64,000 nucleotides of DNA from Bacteroidota bacterium. GTDB taxonomy: Bacteria; Bacteroidota; Bacteroidia; AKYH767-A; OLB10. The position numbers and the translations under genes were made by a program. Shown here piece after piece: positions 9,755-18,898 of this stretch. Each line of letters opens with the position of its first letter. Position 1 is the stretch's first letter. A model generated the notes under the pieces. The model saw only the letters and a list, made by a program, of their open reading frames with translations. It was not told where the DNA came from and ran no database searches. Where the stretch lies: the NCBI GenBank assembly GCA_016699635.1, contig CP064983.1, positions 2,267,331 to 2,331,330 of the forward strand, written 5' to 3'.

Positions 9755-11242
9755 TTATTTCTTGTAAGCAACGGAGTATGGATTTACACCCAACTCGCAT
9801 TTATATCCCGGAACCAACTCAAGCGTGTTCATGTCTATCTGAGTTAAATTTCCATTACGTCCTGCGCATGCGCCACTATGATGTGGTGCTTCACCATTTG
9901 CATCAACATTTCTGTTTGCTACATAAACAACACCTTTGTCATCATCAACAGCAACACCATGTGGCTGCGTTCCTGTATGTATCTTTTTGATTAAAGTTAA
10001 ATTATTGTAATCTATCACTGCAACAGAACCGCGTTTTCCATTAATGATATCCTCAGTACATGTAACAAATAAATAGGGTTTCTTCAATGATAAAGAAAAC
10101 TCCTGTGGTAAGGTGCCTACCGGAATATTTGCAAGCAATGTATGCGTGTTGGCATCAAAAACACGCACTTCATTGGTGGCATCGCATGAAATAAAATATT
10201 TTGAATAATCAGGAGAGAAAATTATTTCATGGCCGTTGAGTCCGCCTCCATAAGAATAAGTCTGAATATTACTGAGCCATTGCGGAAAATCTGATGGGCT
10301 TCCGATAGTATCCACAACATAATAAGTGCTTCCATTTTGATTGGTGATATAAAGTTTATCTCCTGTGCTGTTAAAAGCCATACCATGCGGGTAGGCTAAA
10401 TTTATGATAGGTAAGGAGGTGAATGATGTCATCGGAAAATTTTCAAGATTCAACACTGCAATCCTGCCTGATGCACTCCAGTCAACACTATAAGCACGTT
10501 TACTGTCCGGTGAAATAACCAAGGTGCCCCACTGCCCGGGCATACCATTACTGAAATCAACCTGATCTACAAAGCTGTCATCAGAAGTTCTGTAGCGTTG
10601 TATGATTCCTGAACTAAAAAAAGCAATCAGAAAATATTTTTCATCCGGTGTAAGTCTGATCATGTGTGGTGCTTCAGTGAAGCCTGCAATATTTCCTACA
10701 TCAAACCATTTCATCAATAATCCTGATGATTCATCAAGAACTGCAACCTGATCGCAAGCCTGATTGGAGATGTAAACTTTTTTTCTGTTGTCGTCTTGCG
10801 GAAAAATATCCTGACCACATGCATTTTTTGCTCCATTGATTATCCAGTTTTTTATGGTTGACACTTCGCTGTGAGAAAGTGATGTTTCATTGTATGGCAT
10901 CTTTGGTTCATTTCCTGTAAATCCTAAATCAGAATAGATATTGCAGAAAGAAAATAATGTACTGTAATCTGCATTGCCCGGAATCACTACAGCACCTGCA
11001 TCATTACCTTTAATCATAGAAGCCCAATTGGTGAGATTTAGTCCGCTTGCAGCAGAATTAGAAAGCGTGTTGTGGCATCCTGCTGTTGCACATTTGTTGC
11101 TGATGATGGCAGTAATTTCCGGTGGATATTGCGAGCAACTATCGGTTGGTGGTGCCACCTCATCCATTTTGTCCCATGTGCAAGATGTGAACGACAGCGA
11201 AAATGCCATCAGTGTTGTAAATAGAAAAAATCTCTTAGTCAT
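9755..11242 (-). CDS. Lipoprotein with a beta-propeller (YVTN/YncE-like repeats). The N-terminal region carries a C-x4-C-H motif.
   Basis: Lipobox-type signal (…SLSFTSC). Repeated ~40-aa units of YVTN type (…VYISNQACDQVAVLD…, …LYITNQNGSTYYVVD…, …VYVANRNVD…). The N-terminal segment reads …SNKCATAGCHNTL…. Confidence 0.55.
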   Translation of the reverse strand: MTKRFFLFTTLMAFSLSFTSCTWDKMDEVAPPTDSCSQYPPEITAIISNKCATAGCHNTLSNSAASGLNLTNWASMIKGNDAGAVVIPGNADYSTLFSFCNIYSDLGFTGNEPKMPYNETSLSHSEVSTIKNWIINGAKNACGQDIFPQDDNRKKVYISNQACDQVAVLDESSGLLMKWFDVGNIAGFTEAPHMIRLTPDEKYFLIAFFSSGIIQRYRTSDDSFVDQVDFSNGMPGQWGTLVISPDSKRAYSVDWSASGRIAVLNLENFPMTSFTSLPIINLAYPHGMAFNSTGDKLYITNQNGSTYYVVDTIGSPSDFPQWLSNIQTYSYGGGLNGHEIIFSPDYSKYFISCDATNEVRVFDANTHTLLANIPVGTLPQEFSLSLKKPYLFVTCTEDIINGKRGSVAVIDYNNLTLIKKIHTGTQPHGVAVDDDKGVVYVANRNVDANGEAPHHSGACAGRNGNLTQIDMNTLELVPGYKCELGVNPYSVAYKK

Positions 11243-13510
11243 GACGGATGATTATTTTTTTTGTAATATTATTGGATTGTGCAGCAATAGTTATTAAGTA
11301 AATGCCATTTGCAAATTTTTCTGTATTTAATAACGTGCTACGAGAAAAAGTGTTTTGTGAATGAATAATTCTTCCTGATAAATCAGTAAGGGTAATTTGT
11401 TTTTTCAAGCCATTGGCATCATCAGTATCAATTATCAGATGTGAGTTAGCAGGATTGGGATAAACATTAACCTGATAATCTGACAAGACATTATTAATAG
11501 CAAGTGGACATCCCGGCAATGAATTTGAATAGAACGATAATCCACCTGCCTGATTGCCTACAATTATTTCAGGAGAGCTATCATTATTCAGGTCGGCCAT
11601 TGCGGGTGCAGCACGAGGTGGTTCATGAATTAAGTATGCATTATTACTAATCAGATGAAAAGTGCTTCCTGCAGTTGTGTTGATGCTGTCGTATAAAAAC
11701 AAATCTCCACTTTCTGAACCAACAAGAAGCTTTAAAGTTCCATTGTCAGAAAATAAATGTGGTACGCTGTAGCCATAAAATGTCTGTGCTGTGTTGGTAA
11801 CATTGATGTTGCCGAATGTAGGTGTTATGAGAGTAAAAATTGGTGTATTAACGGTTCCGGTATTCTGGAAGTAACTTATCTTACCGAATAATTCGCCTGA
11901 AATTAAATCTAAGAGTCCATCATTGTTGATGTCATAAAGTTGTGGGGTACTGTTGCTACCTACATCTAAATTCTGAAAATTAAATCCGCCTGTTGTTAAA
12001 GTATATTGAGGAATGTTTCCTGCGCCTGCTGTGTTGGTATAGTAATGAAAAGTGCCGTCTTCATTGCCAAGTAATAAATCGGCATCACCATCACCATCAA
12101 GGTCGCCAAAGGCAGGATAAATGTTTTTGTAATTATATTGCTGAAAAGAACCAAAGTTGTTTGACACCAGTGTAAACTCAGGACACTGTCCTGTGCAAGT
12201 ATTTTATACCAGGATAATGCAGCTTCATCGTGTGCAGGTCCACTTTGTGTGATAAAATAACCTTTGTTGCCAATAACAATATCTGTTTTTCCATCAGCAT
12301 CAACATCAAAAAATACAGGCATTGAAGCAGTGCCTACATCAATCATTTCATCTGTAAGAAATTTATTTTTCACATATTGAAAATCGGGAGAAGTATTGCT
12401 TCCTGCATTATGATAATACCAGTTGTTATTCAGATTTTCTGATTGCGACTCTGTGCAGGACGAAACAATCATATCTGTTATGCCGTCATTATCTGCATCT
12501 AGCAAGTAGGCACTTGGAAATGTTACGTAATTTACCGGGCCGCCATTTGACGGAAATGATGTATCCTGCCAGTCAATACTGTCTGAAGCATTATTTGAAG
12601 CGCCATTATGCAGATAAAGTAAGTTGTCTCCTAATAAATCACCATTCAGCAAATCTGCATCACCATCACCATCATCATCAAATGCAATCATACATGTTCC
12701 TGAATGACGATTGGATAAAACATCAGCATTACCACTTGTTAAAGGAATTCTTGGTAAACCAAGTATGGCACTGTTGGCATTACTGCTTAGCGACATGTGT
12801 CCCCATTTTGAATTGACTTCAGACAAAACAAGTGTATCTGTTCTGTTGAATAATTCTTTTGCCATGTTTTCATGATACTCAATAAAGTTTGCCGAAATCT
12901 GAAATGTCAATACATCAAGGTCTCCATCGTTGTTGATGTCAAATAATACAGGTTGATTTACCGGTGCTACATAAAGACTTGTTGTAAAGCAATTGCCACC
13001 GGCATTCAGATAACAAGTTTGCAATCCTTGATATTGTAAACTAAATGTCAATATTCCTGTTGTGTTAGAGTCGTTGTGATATACATCAAAACCTGAAACT
13101 GAACGATTGTAAGTAAAAATATCTTCGCGACCATCGCCATCATAATCAACAAGAAGGCAAAAGTTTGTCATGTTTTGCGGAAAAAGTTTTTCGTAAAAAG
13201 GATCATAGCGATAGTCAATATCCCCTGCACTGCCATAATTGATAAAAGTTCTTATCTTAAAAACACCGGGATAGGTTGACTCCGATTGTTTTTCAAAGGC
13301 AAACAAATCTTTTTTGCCATCATTGTTCATGTCAATAGCCTGAAACATGGCAGAGTTAAAACCTCCTGCCCATGCATTGCGAAGCGGTTGACCATTTTTA
13401 ATTACAATTGGCGATGTGTATTTTACGAAAGCCTGCGAAAATGCTGTTGTATTAATAAGCAGTAAAGAAAATAGAAAAACACAAAAATTTCTCATATTAA
13501 AATTTAACAA
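11235..13510 (-). CDS. FG-GAP/VCBS-repeat secreted protein with a T9SS C-terminal sorting domain, one apparent -1 frameshift
   Basis: Signal peptide. Repeated FG-GAP-like units with D-x-D/N-x-DGxxD calcium-loop motifs (…DMNNDGKKDLF…, …DYDGDGREDIF…, …FGDLDGDGDADLLLG…, …DINNDGLLDLISG…). C-terminal Por/T9SS domain (…VYPNPANSHLIID…ANGIYLITIA…). ORFs 11996..13510 and 11235..12167 join if one base is restored in the T4 run at 12202..12205. Paralogous to the next gene. Confidence 0.65.
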
Positions 13511-15774
13511 TCTTATGTGAACTGAAGTGATTGCTCTCAGTTACTTGAAGAACATAAATACCTTTAGTTAATCCCTCAAGACTTATGTTATTAATATAAC
13601 TTTGAAAAGAGCCTTCCATTACTACCTTGCCTGAAATATCGGATAGTTGATATTTGCCGTTATGCGGGTTGTTTTTATTCAACTCAAAAACAATATGATC
13701 TTTTGCAGGATTAGGATAGACTGTAATTTCTTTTTCAGGATGCAGGTTTTCTGCAATGCCTACCGGCAGGTTTTTTGAATAAATTGAAAGGCCACCTGCA
13801 TAGCATCCAGTAATCACTTCGTCCATGCCGTCACCGTTAAGGTCGGCCATATCGAATGAAGTCTGATAAGGTTCGAATACTGAAAACATACTTGTTGAAA
13901 CCTGATTAAATGTGCCGCCAAGGTTGCCATCAATGTTATCGTATTTTTGAATGTATCCGTTTTCATTTGAAACCAAAAGCTTCGACACACCGTTTTCTTT
14001 ATAAAAATGTGGATAGCTGAATCCATAAAACGATTGTGCATTTCCAACAAATACATTGCCTACTTTATTGGTAACATAGGTAAATGTAGGATTGGTTGAT
14101 GAGCCCGTATTCTGATAATAATAAATATACCCATATCGTTCACCGATGATAAGATCTAAGAGTCCATCATTATTAATATCAGCTAAAAAAGGAAAGCTGT
14201 TTGTTCCTACATCAATGTTCTGAAAGTTAAAACCATTAGGCGCAAGAGTGAATGTTGCAGGTGTTGTACCATTGTTCAAATAGTAGTGCAAAATACCATC
14301 TTTATCACCTAAAATCATATCATCATGACCATCACCGTTTAGGTCTCCAAATGTTGCATTTAATCCGGTTCTCCCTAATGAACGCAGGTTGTTGAAGTCG
14401 TCAGTCACAAATTCAAATTCAGGTAGTGCACCTGTAGTGATGTTATGATAATAAGATAATGCAGATTCATAATGACCGCTTGCCGAATCTTGAGTAAAGT
14501 ATCCGAAGTTGCCTATTATCAAATCTTTTTTTCCGTCATTGTCAACATCAAAAAAGCGTACGTATGCACCTGAACCTACGTCAATCATTTCATCAGTAAG
14601 AAAACGTTTTTTACAAACTGAAACTGATTGTTGGTGTTTGATCCAACATTTTATAGAACCATGAGTTTTGATAATCTTCTGTCAGATATTCTGTACAACT
14701 AGAAACAATTAAATCTTTTGCACCATCATTAACGGCATGAAAATAAAAAGGCGCAGGGAATGTTTTATAAACTGCAGGAACATTATACGATGGAAAAAGT
14801 GTGTCCTGCAGGTGAATGGAATCACTCACTCCCGGAATGCCGCTGTTTTCAAGATAAAGCAGGTTGTTGCCAAGAATATCACCATTTATCAAGTCAAGGT
14901 CACCATCACCATCCTGATCATATCCTATCATGCAGGAGCCATTGTGACGTGGTGTTTTTATCAGTGAATCGGGTAGTGGTGGCGGTGCCAGAAAGAAACA
15001 ATTATTAAAATCAAGAATAGCTGTATTGGAAACGGCACTTAAACCTACTTGTGCATAACACTGTCGCACCTGCCGATAGACTAAAGTGTCGCAACGGTTA
15101 TAAAGTTCTTTTGCATAATTTTCGTGATACTCAATTGTGCCACCAAGCAATGTGAAAGTTAAAACATCCAAATCACCATCACCATTTACATCATGCAAAA
15201 CAGGAATGTTAACATTGCTCACGTACAAGTTAGCATAAGCACCACCTAAAAATAAACTATGAACAAGAGGGTATGTTAAACTGAAAGAAAGATTATTTCC
15301 GGGAGTAACATCATTATGATAAACTTCCATACCACCTGAGTAGGAGTAAGTAAAAATATCTTCATTACCATCGCAATCATAGTCAACCAATATTACCCAG
15401 TCATGCAGATTTTGTGGAAAAAAACGCTCGTAAAATGGAGCATAGATATAATCAACCTGTCCTGCTGTTCCCTGATTGATAAAAGTTCTGATTTTATAGG
15501 AGCCCGGATAGGCTGCACCAAATTGTTTATCGAACATAAACAAATCCTTGATGCCATCATTGTTTAAATCAATGGTGCTGTAAAGTGGAGAGTTGATGCC
15601 ACCTGACCAGGGATTTTTAAAAGCCTGACTATTGACAAACACCTTAGGCGAAGTGTACTTGCTGTAGTTCTGTGCATGAGTAGTATTGGCAGTTGCAAAT
15701 ACGATAAGGCAAAGCATGGCATGTCTTAAAACATGGCTGATGTTGTTGATTTTCATTTTCTGATATTGAGTCAT
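13497..15774 (-). CDS. FG-GAP/VCBS-repeat secreted protein with a T9SS C-terminal domain, tandem paralog of the preceding gene, two apparent frameshifts
   Basis: Domain order and motifs match the adjacent gene (…DLNNDGIKDLFMF…, …DYDCDGNEDIF…, …FGDLNGDGHDDMILG…, T9SS CTD …VYPNPAKDHIVFEL…GIYVLQV…). ORFs 14611..15774 and 13497..14588 join across two single-base gaps in T-runs at 14607..14612 and 14649..14652. Confidence 0.65.
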
Positions 15775-15872
15775 GACCCTGAAAGGACATTCAAAAGTAG
15801 AAAAAAAATAGCGTCATAATCAGATTATTCACGAATTATTACAACTTTTGCATGAACATAAAATAGTCAGTC

Positions 15873-16365
15873 ATGCCATCATTTGATATCGTTAATGAAA
15901 TAGACATTCAGAAATTAGACAATGCCATTAATGTGGCAAAGAAGGAAATTGTTAACCGCTACGATTTTCATGGTTCTAAGACAGAAATTGATTTAGACAA
16001 GAAGGAAATGCAGTTAAAAATTGTTACTGAAGATCAGATGCGTATGGATGCTATTCGCGACATCATCATCAGCCGAAGCATGAAGCAAGGGGTTGACCCG
16101 AAATGTTTCGATTTTGGCAAAGAGCAGTATGCCTCCGGCAATATGGTTCGTAAAGATGTGAAAATAAAAAAAGGAATTGATAAGGAAACTGCCAAAACCC
16201 ATTGTGAAATATATTAAAGAAACAGGGATGAAGGTGCAGGCATCTATCATGGATGAGCAGGTGCGCGTTACAGGCAAAAAAATTGATGACTTGCAACAGG
16301 TTATTGCCGAAGTAAAAAACAAACCTGTGGAGTTGCCATTACAATATGTTAATTTCAGGTCGTGA
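15873..16365 (+). CDS. yajQ: YajQ-family nucleotide-binding protein (UPF0234), one apparent frameshift near 16195
   Basis: Matches the YajQ family throughout ([18 protein letters not shown]…, …[21 protein letters not shown]…NFRS). The two ORFs 15873..16217 and 16177..16365 are the N- and C-halves of one ~163-aa protein. Confidence 0.8.
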
Positions 16366-16424
16366 GCAAGTTGTTGATTGTATTAGATTGAAAAATTTTA
16401 TTCTGAAAAACAAATCAAAGAATT

Positions 16425-16850
16425 ATGAAAAAGGTAACAGGTATTGGAGGTGTTTTTTTTAAGTGTAAAGACCCTAATAAAATGCGTGAATGGTATAAGC
16501 AAAATCTTGGATTAAAAACCAATCCTTACGGAGCGGTTTTCGAGTGGTTTCAGGGAGCCGATAACTCTAAAAAAGGTTTTACAACATGGAGCCCGTTTGA
16601 TGATAAAACAAAATATTTTGAACCTTCATCAAAGGAATTTATGATTAACTACAGAGTTGAAAACATTGAGGCACTTGTTGCCGGGTTACGTAACTCAGGA
16701 GTAAATGTTGTTGATGAAATAGAAACCTACGATTACGGTAAATTTGTTCACATACTGGATCCGGAAGGAAATAAAATTGAACTATGGGAGCCCAATGATG
16801 TGGAGTATGAAAAGATGGGTAAGGAGATGAATAGTGAAACTACGAAGTGA
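16425..16850 (+). CDS. VOC-family (glyoxalase/bleomycin-resistance fold) protein
   Basis: 141-aa ORF with a tandem beta-alpha-beta-beta-beta VOC pattern (…GIGGVFFKCKDPNKMREWY…FVHILDPEGNKIELWEP…). Confidence 0.65.
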   Translation: MKKVTGIGGVFFKCKDPNKMREWYKQNLGLKTNPYGAVFEWFQGADNSKKGFTTWSPFDDKTKYFEPSSKEFMINYRVENIEALVAGLRNSGVNVVDEIETYDYGKFVHILDPEGNKIELWEPNDVEYEKMGKEMNSETTK

Positions 16851-16890
16851 TTTTTATTGGCTAAGCCGTTCTTTCCTCTCTCTCAAAAAA

Positions 16891-17712
16891 CTACTCTTTA
16901 CTAACATCCTGCACACCCAGCAGGTCTTTGATTTTATTCATTTCATTTTGGATGCGTGCAACCGTGTTCGATAGTTTTGGATTTTGCAATCCCGTATCAG
17001 GCATTTCATTGCTGATGTAGTTTACAAATCGCCACACTTCTTTTACATCATTAATTTTTACCTCATAAGGTTTGTAGGCAGGATTCAATGATTTAAGCAA
17101 TAATTTTTTATTGCTGCTGATGTGATTGTAAACTACTTTAAACACTATGCCATCATCGTGTGTGAGTATGATGTAGGCATTGCCATCTTTTATCTCCATC
17201 CAGTTTTCTACAAACTCTGCCGTAACAAACGATTTGTCCGGTATGGGCAGCATGCTGTCGCCACTAATCTGAAAGGTGCGGTATTTTCTGTCGTGCGAAA
17301 GGAAGGGCAGTTGAAATGTAGGTAGGTTGCGTATAAACTCCGGGTCGTTGTAGCCTGCAGTATATCCGGCTTTAGCTTTCACAGGCACCAACTCAATGTT
17401 TTCGCGGTTTCTGCTGTCAACCGTTGTTGCAAGAACCCTAAGCTTTGTGCCACGCACATAGGAGTCGTAGCCTAACTCCAGTTCGCGCAGTTGCAAGTCG
17501 CTGAGTTTACTCATGTCAACACGCAGCAAGGTGTCTATAGAAATTTTAAAATAATTAGAGAAATTTATCAGTGCCTCAACTGTAGGGTTGGCAATAGCGC
17601 CATTCTCATAGCTGTTTAATGTAGAGCGCGAAAATCCTAAGGCAAGTGATGCTACTTCCTGTGTACGCTTTTTGCGTTTGCGAAGTAGTTTTATGTTGGT
17701 GCAGAAATACAT
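16891..17712 (-). CDS. XRE-family HTH / S24 (LexA-like) peptidase-domain transcriptional repressor
   Basis: N-terminal HTH_XRE (…LLRKRKKRTQEVASLALGFSRSTLNSYENG…). C-terminal LexA-like S24 domain with the catalytic Ser motif (…ISGDSMLP…) and a Lys-containing segment (…GIVFKVVYNHI…KLLLKSLNPAYKPYEV). Divergent from purN. Confidence 0.7.
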   Translation of the reverse strand: MYFCTNIKLLRKRKKRTQEVASLALGFSRSTLNSYENGAIANPTVEALINFSNYFKISIDTLLRVDMSKLSDLQLRELELGYDSYVRGTKLRVLATTVDSRNRENIELVPVKAKAGYTAGYNDPEFIRNLPTFQLPFLSHDRKYRTFQISGDSMLPIPDKSFVTAEFVENWMEIKDGNAYIILTHDDGIVFKVVYNHISSNKKLLLKSLNPAYKPYEVKINDVKEVWRFVNYISNEMPDTGLQNPKLSNTVARIQNEMNKIKDLLGVQDVSKE

Positions 17713-17850
17713 GTTATGTGGTTTAATGAATTTACTACAAATTTAATATACAGGCTATATAATAACCAAATGAATGATTGTAATAATGCCAAAAAAATAT
17801 CTAAGCCTATCATTTACAGAATGCTATTTTTACACGCTCATAATTGTGCA

Positions 17851-18438
17851 ATGAACAAAAAGCGAATAGCCATATTAGCATCGGGGTCGGGCACCAATGC
17901 CGAAAATATTGCTGCTTATTTTAAGAACAATGAATATGCAGAAGTGGCATTGATTCTCACCAATGTGGCAACGGCAGGTGTGATAGTACGCGCACAGAAG
18001 TTAAACATTCCTTGTCTTTTTATGGACAAAAAAACTGTTAGCGATGCTAGTCTGATGCTTGATTTGTTAAAGCAACATAGCATTGATTTGGTTGTGCTTG
18101 CCGGATACCTAAAGCTGATGCCTGCCGAAGTTGTTTCAACTTTTCAGCATCGCATGATAAATATTCATCCTGCATTGCTGCCACTTTTCGGAGGCAAAGG
18201 CATGTATGGTCACAACGTTCATGAGGCAGTGTTGCAGGCAGGTGTTGCAGAAACGGGCATAACCATTCACTACGTAAACAGCCGCTTTGACGAGGGTGAA
18301 ATTATTTTTCAGAAAAGTATGCCTGTGCTACCTGACGACACGGCAGAGCGTATAGCGTCACGTATTCATCGTCTTGAATATGAGCATTACCCATCCGTAA
18401 TTGAGCATTTGGCAAAGGGTTTATTTAAGGATAATTAA
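17851..18438 (+). CDS. purN: Phosphoribosylglycinamide formyltransferase
   Basis: PurN motifs (…KRIAILASGSGTN…, …VVLAGYLKLM…, …INIHPALLPLFGGKGMYGHNVHEAV…). The start is taken at the internal ATG (MNKKRIAIL) and not the longer upstream ORF. Confidence 0.85.
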   Translation: MNKKRIAILASGSGTNAENIAAYFKNNEYAEVALILTNVATAGVIVRAQKLNIPCLFMDKKTVSDASLMLDLLKQHSIDLVVLAGYLKLMPAEVVSTFQHRMINIHPALLPLFGGKGMYGHNVHEAVLQAGVAETGITIHYVNSRFDEGEIIFQKSMPVLPDDTAERIASRIHRLEYEHYPSVIEHLAKGLFKDN

Positions 18439-18488
18439 CAAATCCGTATTCGATTATTTTTATTTCTTTGTCCGACTTTAAAAATAGT

Positions 18489-18893
18489 ATGCAGTTTTGG
18501 CTGGTAAAATCAGAGCCGTTTAAATATTCGTGGGAGCAGTTTGTTGCCGATGGAAAAACATTTTGGGACGGTGTGCGCAACAACGCTGCACGGCTGCATT
18601 TACTTGCCATGAAAAAAGGCGATCAGGTTTTGTTTTATCACAGCAATGAAGGCCTTGCCGTTATGGGTATTGCTAAAGTTGAAAAGACAGCATATACCGA
18701 TCCCACTGCTGACGATACACGTTGGGTAGGTGTGGAGTTGACACCATTCAAAGCATTGAAGAAGCCTGTAACATTGGCACAGGTAAAAGATGATGCACGG
18801 TTGAAAGATATTGCATTGGTGCGCATAGGCCGCCTGTCGGTAATGCCACTTAAAAAAGAAGAGTTTAATGTAATTTTAGAATTAAGTAAATAG
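18489..18893 (+). CDS. EVE (PUA-like) domain protein
   Basis: …MQFWLVKSEPFKYSWEQFVADGKTFWDGVRNNAARLHLLAMKKGDQVLFYHS… is the EVE-domain signature. Confidence 0.7.
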   Translation: MQFWLVKSEPFKYSWEQFVADGKTFWDGVRNNAARLHLLAMKKGDQVLFYHSNEGLAVMGIAKVEKTAYTDPTADDTRWVGVELTPFKALKKPVTLAQVKDDARLKDIALVRIGRLSVMPLKKEEFNVILELSK

Positions 18894-18898
18894 TTTTT

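Noticed and set aside
12514-12816. His-rich ORF (…HHHHHHH…) on the plus strand; similar His-rich ORFs at 9751..9990 and 14760..15008
   Set aside because: They lie antisense to the D-G-D-G-D calcium-loop repeats of the FG-GAP genes and the propeller gene. GAT/GGT codons reverse-complement to ATC/ACC/CAT, which explains the His runs. They have no independent coding signal.
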